Positions 27,761 through 37,099 of a stretch of DNA of 64,000 bases are shown one piece after another. This stretch comes from Candidatus Sulfotelmatobacter sp. (GTDB lineage: Bacteria; Pseudomonadota; Alphaproteobacteria; Rhodospirillales; Magnetospirillaceae), in contig DATLJS010000055.1 of NCBI GenBank assembly GCA_035538795.1, positions 25,426 through 89,425 on the forward strand, written 5' to 3'. The notes beneath the pieces were generated by a model. That model did no database searches. It was not told the DNA's origin and worked only from the letters and a program-made list of their open reading frames with translations. The position numbers and the translations under genes were made by a program. How positions within the stretch are numbered: the first letter of the stretch is position 1; each line of letters starts with the position of its first letter.

Positions 27761-27801
27761 TTCGGCCCTCAGCACGCCGGACCCCAGCGGTTCGGACCTG
27801 C

Positions 27802-27888
27802 GCCCAGGTGGCGGAATTGGTAGACGCGCTAGATTCAGGTTCTAGTGGCCGAAAGGTCGTGGAAGTTCGAGTCTTCTCCTGGGCACCA
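27802..27888 (+). tRNA. tRNA-Leu (anticodon CAG), class II with long variable arm, CCA encoded
   Basis: Acceptor stem GCCCAGG/CCTGGGC, a D-loop containing GGAATTGGTAGA, anticodon stem-loop CTAGA-TTCAGGT-TCTAG, a long variable arm, a T-arm with GTTCGAGTC, and discriminator A followed by CCA. Confidence 0.93.
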
Positions 27889-27897
27889 AGCTTCCAT

Positions 27898-27931
27898 CCG
27901 GCGGAAGTCTTCTTCTGAAGACTTCCGCCGG
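27898..27931 (+). terminator. 15-bp perfect hairpin downstream of tRNA-Leu (no U-tract)
   Basis: CCGGCGGAAGTCTTC-TTCT-GAAGACTTCCGCCGG, read directly. It lacks a following T-run, so it may be a processing or termination element. Confidence 0.5.
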
Positions 27932-27995
27932 GGAAGACCGGCCTCTATAATCCCCTGAAATTTCTTTTCGCCGGACCTGTAGGGGAGCCGCCGCC

Positions 27996-28607
27996 TTGAC
28001 CATCCATTATCACCAGTACGACCTGCCCGCAGACGCCGTCCTCGGTTCGTCGATCGCCATCGACACCGAAACCATGGGTCTGAACCTGCAACGCGACCGG
28101 CTGTGCGTCATCCAATTGTCGGGCGGCGACGGCGACGCCCATGTGGTGCATTTTCCCACCCAGGATTACCGCGCCCCCAATCTGCGCAAGCTGTTGGGCG
28201 ATCAGGCCGTGGGCAAGCTGTTCCATTACGCCCGCTTCGATCTGGCGATGATCCAGAAATATCTCGGCGTCGTCTGCGCTCCGGTCTACTGCACCAAGGT
28301 GGCCAGCAAGCTGTGCCGCACCAACACCGACCGCCACGGCCTGAAGGATCTGTGCCGCGAACTGATCGGCGTCGACCTGTCGAAGCAGCAGCAGACCTCG
28401 GACTGGGGCGCGCCCGAGCTGAATCAGGATCAGGTGGCCTACGCCGCCTCGGACGTTCTTTATCTGCACGCCCTGCGCGACAAACTGGACCAGCTGCTGG
28501 CCCGCGAAAACCGCCGCCATCTGGCGGAAGCCTGTTTCTCGTTCCTGCCCGTCCGCGCCGCCCTGGATCTGGCCGGCTGGGACGAGGATGACATTTTCTC
28601 GCACTGA
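27996..28607 (+). CDS. DEDD-family 3'-5' exonuclease (short ribonuclease D-like)
   Basis: IAIDTETMGL (ExoI), the YAASDVLYL (ExoIII) motif and a ~200-aa size typical of small alphaproteobacterial RNase D homologs. The apparent start is TTG, with GGGGAG upstream. Confidence 0.75.
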   Translation: MTIHYHQYDLPADAVLGSSIAIDTETMGLNLQRDRLCVIQLSGGDGDAHVVHFPTQDYRAPNLRKLLGDQAVGKLFHYARFDLAMIQKYLGVVCAPVYCTKVASKLCRTNTDRHGLKDLCRELIGVDLSKQQQTSDWGAPELNQDQVAYAASDVLYLHALRDKLDQLLARENRRHLAEACFSFLPVRAALDLAGWDEDDIFSH

Positions 28608-28750
28608 CATAATACAATATATATAGCGGATGCCCTGACGGCATCCGCCCGACATGGCGTCCGGCCCGGAACTTGCATTGACCGGAACGGCGGCGGGACG
28701 CATACTCCGGGCAATGCCGTGCCGATCTTCGGCCGCAGCCAGGATGAATC

Positions 28751-29746
28751 ATGACCCCGCAAACCGTGACCGCTTCTTCCCAGCAAGCCGCTTCCGATCT
28801 CAAGACCGCCCGTCAGCTGTTGACCGCCGAAGCCGAGGCCTTGCGCGCCCTGTCCGACAAGCTGGACGGCGACTTCGTCAACGCCCTGGATCTGCTGACC
28901 GTTTCCGGCGGCGGCCGCGTCATCGTTTCCGGCATGGGCAAGAGCGGCCATGTCGCCCGCAAGATCGCCGCCACCATGGCTTCGACCGGCACGCCGGCGT
29001 CCTATGTCCATCCGGGCGAGGCCAGCCACGGCGACCTGGGCATGATCACCCGTCACGACGCCATCCTGGCCCTGTCCAATTCCGGCGAAACCCCCGAACT
29101 GTCCGACGTCGTGGCCTATAGCCGCCGCTTCGACATTCCCCTGGTGGCCATCACCAGCCGCGCCGAAAGCACGCTGGCCCAGGCCGCCGACCAGGCGCTG
29201 ATCCTGCCGGATGTCGGCGAGGCCTGTCCCATGGGCCTGGCCCCCACCACCTCGACCACCCTGATGCTGGCCTTGGGCGACGCCTTGGCCGTCGGCCTGC
29301 TGGAACGCAACAATTTCTCCGCCTCGGACTTCAAACTGTTCCATCCCGGCGGCAAGCTGGGACAACGGCTGGCCAAGGTCGCCGACCTGATGCACCCCGT
29401 CGAACTGCTGCCGCTGGTGCCCCGCACCATGCCGATGGGCGAGACGCTTCTGGTGATGACCAACAAATCCTTCGGCTGCGTCGGCGTGGTGGAGGAGGAC
29501 GGCCGTCTGGCCGGCATCATCACCGACGGCGACTTGCGCCGCCATCTGAATCCCAGCCTGTTCTCGCGCAGCGCCCAGGACCTGATGACCGCCAATCCCA
29601 AGACCACCCGTCCCAACGCCTTGGCCGCCGAAGCCGTACACGTCATGAACGCCCGTTCCATCACCAGCCTGTTCGTGGTGGACGACGCCGGCAAGCCGGT
29701 GGGTCTTCTGCATGTTCACGACTGCCTGCGCGCCGGCGTGGCCTAA
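28751..29746 (+). CDS. kdsD: arabinose-5-phosphate isomerase (KpsF/GutQ family; SIS + tandem CBS)
   Basis: SIS-domain motif GMGKSGHVARKIAATMASTG, C-terminal CBS pairs, and a position directly upstream of lptC-lptA-lptB. Confidence 0.88.
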   Translation: MTPQTVTASSQQAASDLKTARQLLTAEAEALRALSDKLDGDFVNALDLLTVSGGGRVIVSGMGKSGHVARKIAATMASTGTPASYVHPGEASHGDLGMITRHDAILALSNSGETPELSDVVAYSRRFDIPLVAITSRAESTLAQAADQALILPDVGEACPMGLAPTTSTTLMLALGDALAVGLLERNNFSASDFKLFHPGGKLGQRLAKVADLMHPVELLPLVPRTMPMGETLLVMTNKSFGCVGVVEEDGRLAGIITDGDLRRHLNPSLFSRSAQDLMTANPKTTRPNALAAEAVHVMNARSITSLFVVDDAGKPVGLLHVHDCLRAGVA

Positions 29747-29772
29747 AGACCGGACCTGGCGGAAAAGAGCCC

Positions 29773-30558
29773 ATGGAAATCCGGCCCCCGGACATTCGCA
29801 TCGACTCGGAAGACCGAGAAGCCCATCGCCGGCACGTTCCGTCGATGGACGGCGGCCTGCCCGCCAGATCCGCCGGTTCAAGATCGGGAAACCATAACAC
29901 GGTGCGGACCATGCTGGTCCGTTACACCCGCTTCGTCTCGTTGATGAAGATGCTGCTGCCGGCCATCGCCGCCGCCTTGCTGGGTCTGGTGGTGATCTGG
30001 CCGAAGATCGCCCCGCGCGACACCGTTTTCCGCGAGGCCTTCGCCAACTTCAACATCAAGACCATCGATACCCAGTCGATGCAGAATCCCCACTATTACG
30101 GCACCGACAACCGCAACATGCCGTTCAGCGTCACCGCCAACTACGCCAGTCAGGTGGATTTGCAGAACAACGTCATGTCGCTGGACAGCCCGGTGGCCGA
30201 CTTCACCCGCAAGGATGGTTCGGGCATCATTCTGAGCGCCGATTCCGGCCTGTTCCGGCAGAAGGACGAAATTCTCGATCTGCTGGGTCATGTCGACCTG
30301 TATCAGGACAACGGCTTCGAGATGCACACCAACAGCGCCCGGCTGTTCGTCAAGCAGGGAGAAGGAAGCGGCGACGACCCCACCCACGCCCAAAGCCCCC
30401 ACGGCACCATCGACGGCGAAGGATTCCGGCTGAAGGATCGGGGCCGCACCATTATCTTCACCGGCAAATGCAAGGCCGTGCTGATCACGGCCAAAAGCAG
30501 CAAAGACAAAAGCGCCAAGCCCAAAAGCGGGCCAAAAAGCGGAAAGGACAAGTCATGA
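29773..30558 (+). CDS. lptC: LPS export system protein LptC
   Basis: Single N-terminal transmembrane helix (LLPAIAAALLGLVVIW), an OstA-like beta-jellyroll region, and position between kdsD and lptA. The start is uncertain (ATG 29773 with AAGAG upstream, or ATG 29911). Confidence 0.7.
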   Translation: MEIRPPDIRIDSEDREAHRRHVPSMDGGLPARSAGSRSGNHNTVRTMLVRYTRFVSLMKMLLPAIAAALLGLVVIWPKIAPRDTVFREAFANFNIKTIDTQSMQNPHYYGTDNRNMPFSVTANYASQVDLQNNVMSLDSPVADFTRKDGSGIILSADSGLFRQKDEILDLLGHVDLYQDNGFEMHTNSARLFVKQGEGSGDDPTHAQSPHGTIDGEGFRLKDRGRTIIFTGKCKAVLITAKSSKDKSAKPKSGPKSGKDKS

Positions 30559-31523
30559 AGCGCGCCGCCGTTCTCGTCCTGTTGGCCGGAACCGTCCTCG
30601 CCTTGCCCCCGGCCGCTCCCGTCTGGGCCAAAAGCGACAAACCCGCCGCATCGGGCGGCGCCTCTTCAGGGGGCGGTCTCAATTTGTCGGGCGGAAAATC
30701 GGGCACGCCGCTGGAAATCTATGCCGACGACGGCATGGAACTGAGCCAGGACGCCCGTAAGGTCATCGCCCACGGCAACGCCAAGGCCATTCGCGGCAAT
30801 GTCACGGTGCGTTCCGACAGCCTGATCGCCTATTACCGCAACCGCTCCGAAGGCCCCAACGCCCAACAGGCCGCGCCGCAAAAGAAGGCGGCGGCCAAAG
30901 GTGACGACCAAAGCGGCGGCGGCAGCGAAATCTGGCGAGTCGAGGCGGTCGACCACGTCACCATCGCCTCGCCGACCCAGACGGTCTACGGCGACCATGC
31001 CGACTATAATATCGACGACGCCGTGGTCGTGGTCACCGGTCAGGACCTGCGCCTCGTCACCGCCACCGATCTGGTGACGGCCAAGGACAGCCTGGAATAT
31101 TGGGATCAGAAGCAGCAGGCGGTGGCCCGCGGCAACGCCGTCGCCGTGCGCAACGACAAAAGCATCAAGGCCGACCTGCTGACCGCCGACTTCGCCAAGA
31201 ACGAACAGGGCCAAACCGCCATTTCCATGGCCCACGGCGTCGGCAACGTGGTGCTGACCACCCCGCGCGAGGTCGTAACCGGCAACAAGGCCGATTACGA
31301 CGTTGATAGCGGCATCGTCACCATCACCGGCGCCGTGACCCTGACGCGGCAGGACAACAAGCTGAACGGCGAGTATGCCGTGGTCAATCTGAACACCGGG
31401 GTCAGCAAGCTGTATCCCACCATTCCCGGCAGCGCCAGCAACGGACAGCAGCGGGTGAAGGGCTTCTTCACGCCGCAGCAGAAGGACGGCGGCGGCTCCT
31501 CTCTGACCGGCAGGGGACAGTAA
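30555..31523 (+). CDS. lptA: LPS transport periplasmic protein LptA (OstA-like)
   Basis: [25 protein letters not shown] is a signal peptide, followed by repeated OstA-type strands. ATG 30555 overlaps the lptC stop (ATGA). Confidence 0.8.
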   Translation: MKRAAVLVLLAGTVLALPPAAPVWAKSDKPAASGGASSGGGLNLSGGKSGTPLEIYADDGMELSQDARKVIAHGNAKAIRGNVTVRSDSLIAYYRNRSEGPNAQQAAPQKKAAAKGDDQSGGGSEIWRVEAVDHVTIASPTQTVYGDHADYNIDDAVVVVTGQDLRLVTATDLVTAKDSLEYWDQKQQAVARGNAVAVRNDKSIKADLLTADFAKNEQGQTAISMAHGVGNVVLTTPREVVTGNKADYDVDSGIVTITGAVTLTRQDNKLNGEYAVVNLNTGVSKLYPTIPGSASNGQQRVKGFFTPQQKDGGGSSLTGRGQ

Positions 31524-31524
31524 A

Positions 31525-32277
31525 ATGACCGTGCGGACCGACGACGACGATTCCTTCCAGGGTCTGGTGGCCTCGAACATCGGCAAACGCTTCAAGAAGC
31601 GGCCGGTGCTGCGCGACGTCACCGTGCGCGTTCAGCGCGGCGAGGCGGTGGGTCTGCTTGGCCCCAACGGCGCCGGTAAGACCACCTGCTTCTACTGCAT
31701 CACCGGCCTGATCAGCCCGGATTCGGGACGCATCTCGCTGGACGGCCACGACATCACGTCGCTGCCCATGTACCGCCGCGCCCGGCTCGGCATCGGTTAT
31801 CTGCCGCAGGAAGCCTCGATCTTCCGCGGCCTGTCGGTGGAGAACAACATCCGCGCCGTGCTGGAGGTCAGCGAACCCGACCGCGACGCCCGCGAGGCGC
31901 AGCTGGAAGATCTGCTGACTGAATTCTCCATCACCCACATCCGGCAGGCTCCGGCCCTGGCTCTGTCGGGCGGCGAGCGGCGGCGCGTGGAAATCGCCCG
32001 CGCCCTGGCTTCGCGTCCCGCCTTCATCCTGCTGGACGAACCCTTGGCCGGTATCGACCCCATCGCCGTCGCCGACATCCGCGATCTGGTGTCGCATCTG
32101 AAGCACCGCGGCCTGGGCGTCCTGATCACCGACCATAACGTCCGCGAAACCCTCGACATCATCGACCGCGCCTACATCCTCCACGACGGCGTGGTGCTGA
32201 TGGAGGGCGAGCCGTCCGAGATCGTCGCGCACGAAGGCGTGCGCCGCGTCTATCTCGGCGAACATTTCAGTCTGTAA
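31525..32277 (+). CDS. lptB: LPS export ABC transporter ATP-binding protein LptB
   Basis: Walker [13 protein letters not shown] signature [13 protein letters not shown], Walker B ILLDEP, and the conserved position before rpoN. Confidence 0.93.
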   Translation: MTVRTDDDDSFQGLVASNIGKRFKKRPVLRDVTVRVQRGEAVGLLGPNGAGKTTCFYCITGLISPDSGRISLDGHDITSLPMYRRARLGIGYLPQEASIFRGLSVENNIRAVLEVSEPDRDAREAQLEDLLTEFSITHIRQAPALALSGGERRRVEIARALASRPAFILLDEPLAGIDPIAVADIRDLVSHLKHRGLGVLITDHNVRETLDIIDRAYILHDGVVLMEGEPSEIVAHEGVRRVYLGEHFSL

Positions 32278-32292
32278 GGCGGAACCGTCCCC

Positions 32293-33801
32293 ATGGCATT
32301 GACTCCCCGCCTCGACCTTAGGCAGACCCAATCCCTGGTGATGACGCCGCAACTGCAGCAGGCCATTAAGCTGTTGCAGCTGAACAACATCGAACTGTCC
32401 GTCTTCGTCGAACAGGAGCTGGAGCGCAATCCCCTGTTGGAGCGCGACGACAGCCCGGTGGACGCCGGCCCCGGCGAAGAAGGCCCCGGTCCGGAACTCA
32501 CCGCGCCCGATCCCGCCGACAAGCTGGTGGACGCCTTGCCCGGCCAAGCCGACGAAACGCCGCTGGACGTGGATTACGACAACACCTTCAACAACGACAG
32601 CGCCGCCGACGGCGGCGACGGTTATGCCACCGACTGGAGCGGCAGCACCCGCACCGGCACCGGCAATTCCAGTTTCGACGACAGCGAAAGCGGTCTGGAA
32701 CAGACCCTGACCCGCGACATTTCCCTGCGCGAACATCTGACCGGCCAGTTGAACATGGATCTGGCCGATTCCGCCGACCGCATGATCGGCCTGCATCTGA
32801 TGGACATGCTGGACGGTGCCGGCTATCTGATCGGCGATCTGTGGGACGTCGCCCATACCTTGGGCTGCAGCCTGGAAAAGGTCGAAGAGGTGCTGGCCCG
32901 GCTTCAGCATTTCGATCCGCCGGGCATCTTCGCCCGTTCCCTGTCGGAATGCCTGGCTTTGCAGCTGCGCGAGAAGAACCGCCTGGACCCGGCCATCCAA
33001 GCCCTGCTGGACCATCTGGAGCTGCTGGCCAAGCGCGATCTGCCGGCACTGATGAAGGTCTGCGGCGTCGATGCCGAGGATCTGGCCGAGATGATCGGCG
33101 AAATCCGCGCCCTGGATCCCAAGCCGGCCCTGGCCTTCGACGATTCCGTGGCCCAGCCGGTGACGCCGGACGTGCTGATGCGCGCCGCCCCGGGCGGCGG
33201 CTGGATCGTCGAGCTGAACAACGACACTCTGCCGCGCGTTCTCGTCAACACCCGCTATTACGCCAAGATCCACGGCTCGGCCAAGGGCAAGGACGACAAG
33301 GCCTATCTGTCGGAGCAGTTCCAGACCGCCAACTGGCTGGTGAAGTCGCTGCATCAGCGGGCCACCACCATTCTGAAGGTCGCCACCGAAATCGTCCGCC
33401 AGCAGGAAGCCTTTTTCCAGCGCGGCATCCAATATCTGCGCCCGCTGGTGCTGCGCGACATCGCCGAGGTGATCGGTATGCACGAAAGCACCGTCAGCCG
33501 CGTCACCGCCAACAAATACATGGCCACGCCGCGCGGCATCTACGAGCTGAAATACTTCTTCACCCAGGCCATCGCCGGATCGGACGGCGGCGAATCCCAT
33601 TCCGCGGAATCCGTGCGCCACCGCATCAAGACCCTGATCGACGCCGAAACCCCCAAGGAAATCCTGTCCGACGACCGCATCGTCGAAATCCTCAAAGCCG
33701 ACGGCGTCGACATCGCCCGCCGCACCGTGGCCAAATACCGCGAGGCCATGCGCATTCCGTCGTCGGTCCAGCGGCGCCGGGAAAAATCCATCGGCGGCTG
33801 A
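32293..33801 (+). CDS. rpoN: RNA polymerase sigma-54 factor
   Basis: N-terminal Gln/Leu-rich region I (LRQTQSLVMTPQLQQAIKLLQL), an acidic linker, and the C-terminal RpoN box ARRTVAKYRE. Confidence 0.95.
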   Translation: MALTPRLDLRQTQSLVMTPQLQQAIKLLQLNNIELSVFVEQELERNPLLERDDSPVDAGPGEEGPGPELTAPDPADKLVDALPGQADETPLDVDYDNTFNNDSAADGGDGYATDWSGSTRTGTGNSSFDDSESGLEQTLTRDISLREHLTGQLNMDLADSADRMIGLHLMDMLDGAGYLIGDLWDVAHTLGCSLEKVEEVLARLQHFDPPGIFARSLSECLALQLREKNRLDPAIQALLDHLELLAKRDLPALMKVCGVDAEDLAEMIGEIRALDPKPALAFDDSVAQPVTPDVLMRAAPGGGWIVELNNDTLPRVLVNTRYYAKIHGSAKGKDDKAYLSEQFQTANWLVKSLHQRATTILKVATEIVRQQEAFFQRGIQYLRPLVLRDIAEVIGMHESTVSRVTANKYMATPRGIYELKYFFTQAIAGSDGGESHSAESVRHRIKTLIDAETPKEILSDDRIVEILKADGVDIARRTVAKYREAMRIPSSVQRRREKSIGG

Positions 33802-33825
33802 GAAACGGCCCACGAAGGGCTCATC

Positions 33826-33854
33826 TTGACTTGCACAGCCGCCGGGCCTAATGT
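33826..33854 (+). promoter_or_regulatory. putative sigma-70 promoter in rpoN-ptsN spacer
   Basis: TTGACT (33826-33831), a 17-nt spacer and TAATGT (33849-33854), about 205 nt upstream of the ptsN start. Confidence 0.45.
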
Positions 33855-34060
33855 CCGTCGCTTCTTCGAAAGCGCCGGACGAGTGGTCCGGCTGCAAACC
33901 GGTTCCCTGGCGCCTGTGAAAAGGATGAGCGGCCAGGACGGCCCGGTTCGAGGAATGATGGAAACCCGAGTAATTTCGGATAAGGATATCTCGTCTGATC
34001 TGCCCGCCGGCCCCATATTGTCTTGGGGGAACGGTGGCAATCGACCGTGAGGACCCTCTG

Positions 34061-34525
34061 ATGGAAATCATCGACCTGATCAGCCCTGAAAGCGTGGTGC
34101 CCAACCTGCGCGCCACCAGCAAGAAGCTGGCTTTGCAGGAATTGGCCCGACGCGCCGCCGAAATCGCCGGTCTTCAGGAACGGGCCGTTTTCGACGTCCT
34201 GCTGGAGCGCGAACGCCTGGGCACCACCGGCGTCGGCAACGGCATCGCCATTCCTCACGGCAAGCTGCCGAACCTGGACCGGCTGTACGGTCTGTTCGCC
34301 CGGCTGGAAAAGCCGATCAACTTCGACAGCATCGATGAACAGCCGGTGGATCTGATCTTCCTGCTGCTGGCCCCGGAATCGGCGGGCGCCGACCATCTGA
34401 AAGCCTTGGCCCGGGTTTCGCGGCTGCTGCGCGACAAGTCGGTCTGCGAGAAACTGCGCGGCACCGACAGCGCCGAAGGTCTGTACGCTCTGCTGACCGA
34501 CAATCCGGCCACCCGCGCCGCCTGA
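34061..34525 (+). CDS. ptsN: PTS IIA-like nitrogen regulatory protein PtsN (EIIA-Ntr)
   Basis: The GVGNGIAIPHGK active-site His region, a ~154-aa size, and a location downstream of rpoN. ATG 34061 has GAGGA upstream. Confidence 0.88.
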   Translation: MEIIDLISPESVVPNLRATSKKLALQELARRAAEIAGLQERAVFDVLLERERLGTTGVGNGIAIPHGKLPNLDRLYGLFARLEKPINFDSIDEQPVDLIFLLLAPESAGADHLKALARVSRLLRDKSVCEKLRGTDSAEGLYALLTDNPATRAA

Positions 34526-34629
34526 TTCGGCATTTTTACCAGTGGATTAATGCCTGTCATCACATGACTGACAGGTGAATATCCTGCATATTCCTTTGCA
34601 GCATTCCCTCAGGGTGGCTAAATAAGGAC

Positions 34630-35307
34630 ATGCGTACGCTCTACCATCTCTGGCTCTGCCCGTTTTCCCGAAAGGTCCGCATCGTTCTCGGCGAGAAAAA
34701 GCTCGCTTTCGAGATGGTCGTGGAAAAACCTTGGGAGCAGCGCCCCGAATTCCTGGACCTGAATCCGTCGGGCGACGTCCCGGTTCTGGTCGAGCCCAAC
34801 GGCGCGGTCCTGGCCGAATCCTATTCCATCTGCGAATATCTCGACGAAGTGCAGCCCGATCCGCCGCTGCTGGGCGGCGATCTGCTGGTGCGCGCCGAAG
34901 TGCGCCGGCTGGTGGGCTGGTTCGACATCAAGTTCAATCAGGAAGTCACCGTCAATCTGGTGGGCGAAAAGATTCTAAAGCGGCAGATGGGCTACAACGT
35001 CGCCGGCGGTCCCGATTCGCGGGCCATCCGCGTCGGCTACACTTATATCCGCGATCATATGGATTACATCAGTTGGCTGACCGAACGGCGCCGCTGGCTG
35101 GCCGGCGAGGAATTTTCCCTGGCCGACATCACCGCAGCCGCCCATCTGTCCACCGTCGATTACATCGGCGACGTGCCGTGGGACGATCATCCCGGCGCTA
35201 AGGACTGGTATGCCCGCGTCAAATCCCGGCCCAGTTTCCGTCCGCTGCTGACGGATCACCTGCCGGGCATTTCGCCGCCCAAGCATTATGCCGACCTGGA
35301 TTTCTAG
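34630..35307 (+). CDS. glutathione S-transferase family protein
   Basis: N-terminal thioredoxin-like fold (LYHLWLCPFSRKVRIVL...VPVL) and a C-terminal GST helical domain. Confidence 0.8.
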   Translation: MRTLYHLWLCPFSRKVRIVLGEKKLAFEMVVEKPWEQRPEFLDLNPSGDVPVLVEPNGAVLAESYSICEYLDEVQPDPPLLGGDLLVRAEVRRLVGWFDIKFNQEVTVNLVGEKILKRQMGYNVAGGPDSRAIRVGYTYIRDHMDYISWLTERRRWLAGEEFSLADITAAAHLSTVDYIGDVPWDDHPGAKDWYARVKSRPSFRPLLTDHLPGISPPKHYADLDF

Positions 35308-35974
35308 GACCGCCGCCGCCGCTCTTCTGCTGACGGCTGTCCAGGCCCGGGCCGAGGTGATCGAGCAATTGCCCGCGTCACCGTCGGGGCAAAAACTGGT
35401 GGCCCTGACCTTCGACGCCTGCGAAAGCAAGACGCCGGCTTTCCTCGACCGTGGCATCAGCGATTTTCTCGTATCGCGGAAAATCCCCTTCACCATCTTC
35501 GTCACCGGCCGCTTCGCCCGCCACAACGGTGGAGCCCTGGCCGAATTGGGTAAGCTGGATTTCGTCGAGCTGGAAAACCATTCGATGACCCACGACAACC
35601 ACATGGACCGCATGCCCGACGAAGCCATCCGCAAGGAACTGGCCGACGCCGACGCGGCGCTGTTCGCCGCCAGCGGACGGCACAGCCGTTATTTCCGCTT
35701 TCCCGCCGGCAACCACGACGCCCGATCGCTGGCGGTGGTCGAACAGGCCGGCTACAAGGTCGTGCATTGGAGCTTCGCTAGCGGCGACCCCGCCCGGTCG
35801 GTTACGTCGGAGCATCTGAACAGTTGGGTTCTGTCCAAGACCCGGCCGGGAAACATCCTGATTTTCCATATCAACGGACGCGGCTGGTCGACGGCCCAGG
35901 CTCTGCCGGGAATCGTCGAGGCTTTGGAAAAAAGGGGATACGCCTTCACCCGCCTGGACGCCGTGCTGCCGTGA
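35288..35974 (+). CDS. polysaccharide deacetylase (NodB homology) family protein, secreted
   Basis: Signal peptide, a LTFDAC metal/catalytic motif and a HSMTHDNH motif characteristic of CE4 deacetylases. Confidence 0.72.
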   Translation: MPTWISRTAAAALLLTAVQARAEVIEQLPASPSGQKLVALTFDACESKTPAFLDRGISDFLVSRKIPFTIFVTGRFARHNGGALAELGKLDFVELENHSMTHDNHMDRMPDEAIRKELADADAALFAASGRHSRYFRFPAGNHDARSLAVVEQAGYKVVHWSFASGDPARSVTSEHLNSWVLSKTRPGNILIFHINGRGWSTAQALPGIVEALEKRGYAFTRLDAVLP

Positions 35975-36432
35975 GCGACTTGCCGATCCGTCTCATGGAG
36001 ACGGCCGACGCCGCTCCTTTGGCCGAAGCCTGCGCCGCCATCGATCCATGGAAAAGCCTGGGCTACAGCGCCGCCACCCTGGAAGGCTATTTGCGCCGCG
36101 ACGATGCCGCCCTGGCCCGTTTCGTCCTCGGCGACGGCGAAGGCCTGCTGGCCCTGCGCCGTCCCTGGCTGCGCGGTTCCTTCATCGAGATGCTGGCCGT
36201 GCTGCCCGGGCACCAGGGCCGGGGGCTGGGCCGCGCCGCCGTCGAATGGGCGATGGCGCGGGAGCCGTCGGGAAACCTGTGGGCCACCGTCAGCGCCTTC
36301 AACAGCCCGGCCCGCCAGTTTTATCAACGTCTGGGTTTCCAGGAGACCTCGGTCCTGCGCGACCTGATCGTTCGCGGACAAGACGAGATCCTGCTCAGGC
36401 TTTCTCTTCCGCCAGCCAGATCGCGTTCTTGA
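35971..36432 (+). CDS. GNAT family N-acetyltransferase
   Basis: The acetyl-CoA binding pattern VLPGHQGRGLGRAAVEWA. The start is either GTG 35971 (overlapping the upstream stop, GTGA) or ATG 35995. Confidence 0.65.
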   Translation: MSDLPIRLMETADAAPLAEACAAIDPWKSLGYSAATLEGYLRRDDAALARFVLGDGEGLLALRRPWLRGSFIEMLAVLPGHQGRGLGRAAVEWAMAREPSGNLWATVSAFNSPARQFYQRLGFQETSVLRDLIVRGQDEILLRLSLPPARSRS

Positions 36433-37099
36433 CCTTGCCGAGAAAGACGGTATGCGCCGCCAATTCCTCTTCGCTCGGCGCATGGGGGCGGGGTTCGCGA
36501 AACGGCCGTTCCGGCGCGTCCACCGACACGGCCTGAGCCTGGGAGCGGGAGCTGTCGCCGCCCTTGCCCAACAGCGACAGACCGGGTTCGCGGCCGCCGA
36601 TCAGTTCCAGATAGACCTCGGCCAGCAGCTCGGCGTCAAGAAGCGCGCCGTGCTTGTCGCGGGCGGAATTGTCGATGCCGAAACGGCGGCACAGGGCGTC
36701 GAGATTGGCCGGGGAACCGGGAAACTTCTTGCGGGCCATCTTCACCGTGTCGATCGACCGTTCCATGGGCATCTGTTCCATACCCAGAATTTTCAGTTCC
36801 CAGTTCAGGAACTTCATGTCGAATTCGGCGTTGTGAATGACCAGCGGCGCATCGCCGATGAAATCGACGAAATCCCGGGCGACATCGGCGAATACCGGCT
36901 TGTCGCTGAGGAACTCCTCGGACAGGCCGTGAACCTTGAAGGCTTCTTCGGGCATGTCGCGTTCGGGATTGATGTATTTGTGGAACACCCGGCCGGTAGC
37001 CAAATGATTTTCCAGCTCGACGCAGCCGATTTCCACTATGCGGTTTCCCGCCGCCGGATCGAGGCCGGTGGTTTCCGTATCGAGGACGATCTCTCTCAT
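36395..37099 (-). CDS. dnaQ: DNA polymerase III subunit epsilon (3'-5' proofreading exonuclease)
   Basis: ExoI VLDTETTGL, ExoII VIHNAEFDMKFL and the ExoIII HGALLDAELLAEVY motif. Confidence 0.93.
   Translation of the reverse strand: MREIVLDTETTGLDPAAGNRIVEIGCVELENHLATGRVFHKYINPERDMPEEAFKVHGLSEEFLSDKPVFADVARDFVDFIGDAPLVIHNAEFDMKFLNWELKILGMEQMPMERSIDTVKMARKKFPGSPANLDALCRRFGIDNSARDKHGALLDAELLAEVYLELIGGREPGLSLLGKGGDSSRSQAQAVSVDAPERPFREPRPHAPSEEELAAHTVFLGKVKNAIWLAEEKA

Noticed and set aside
28460-29881. 473-aa minus-strand ORF, plus 27945-28703 and 28108-28803 minus-strand ORFs
   Set aside because: They are antisense to the well-supported RNase D-like and kdsD genes. The composition is Gly/Ala/Arg-biased with no domain signatures.
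33826-34050. 74-aa ORF in the rpoN-ptsN spacer, considered as a possible hpf
   Set aside because: The sequence (MTCTAAGPNVRRFFESAG...) has no resemblance to HPF/YfiA proteins and no SD, and its TTG start coincides with the -35 hexamer. I treated it as non-coding leader.
31468-34122. 884-aa minus-strand ORF spanning lptB and rpoN
   Set aside because: It is antisense to two unambiguous housekeeping genes. It has no motifs and is a shadow ORF caused by stop-codon depletion at high GC.
36395-36432. 38-bp convergent overlap between the 3' ends of the GNAT gene and dnaQ
   Set aside because: It is probably real but unremarkable in compact high-GC genomes, and I could tie no regulatory structure to it.
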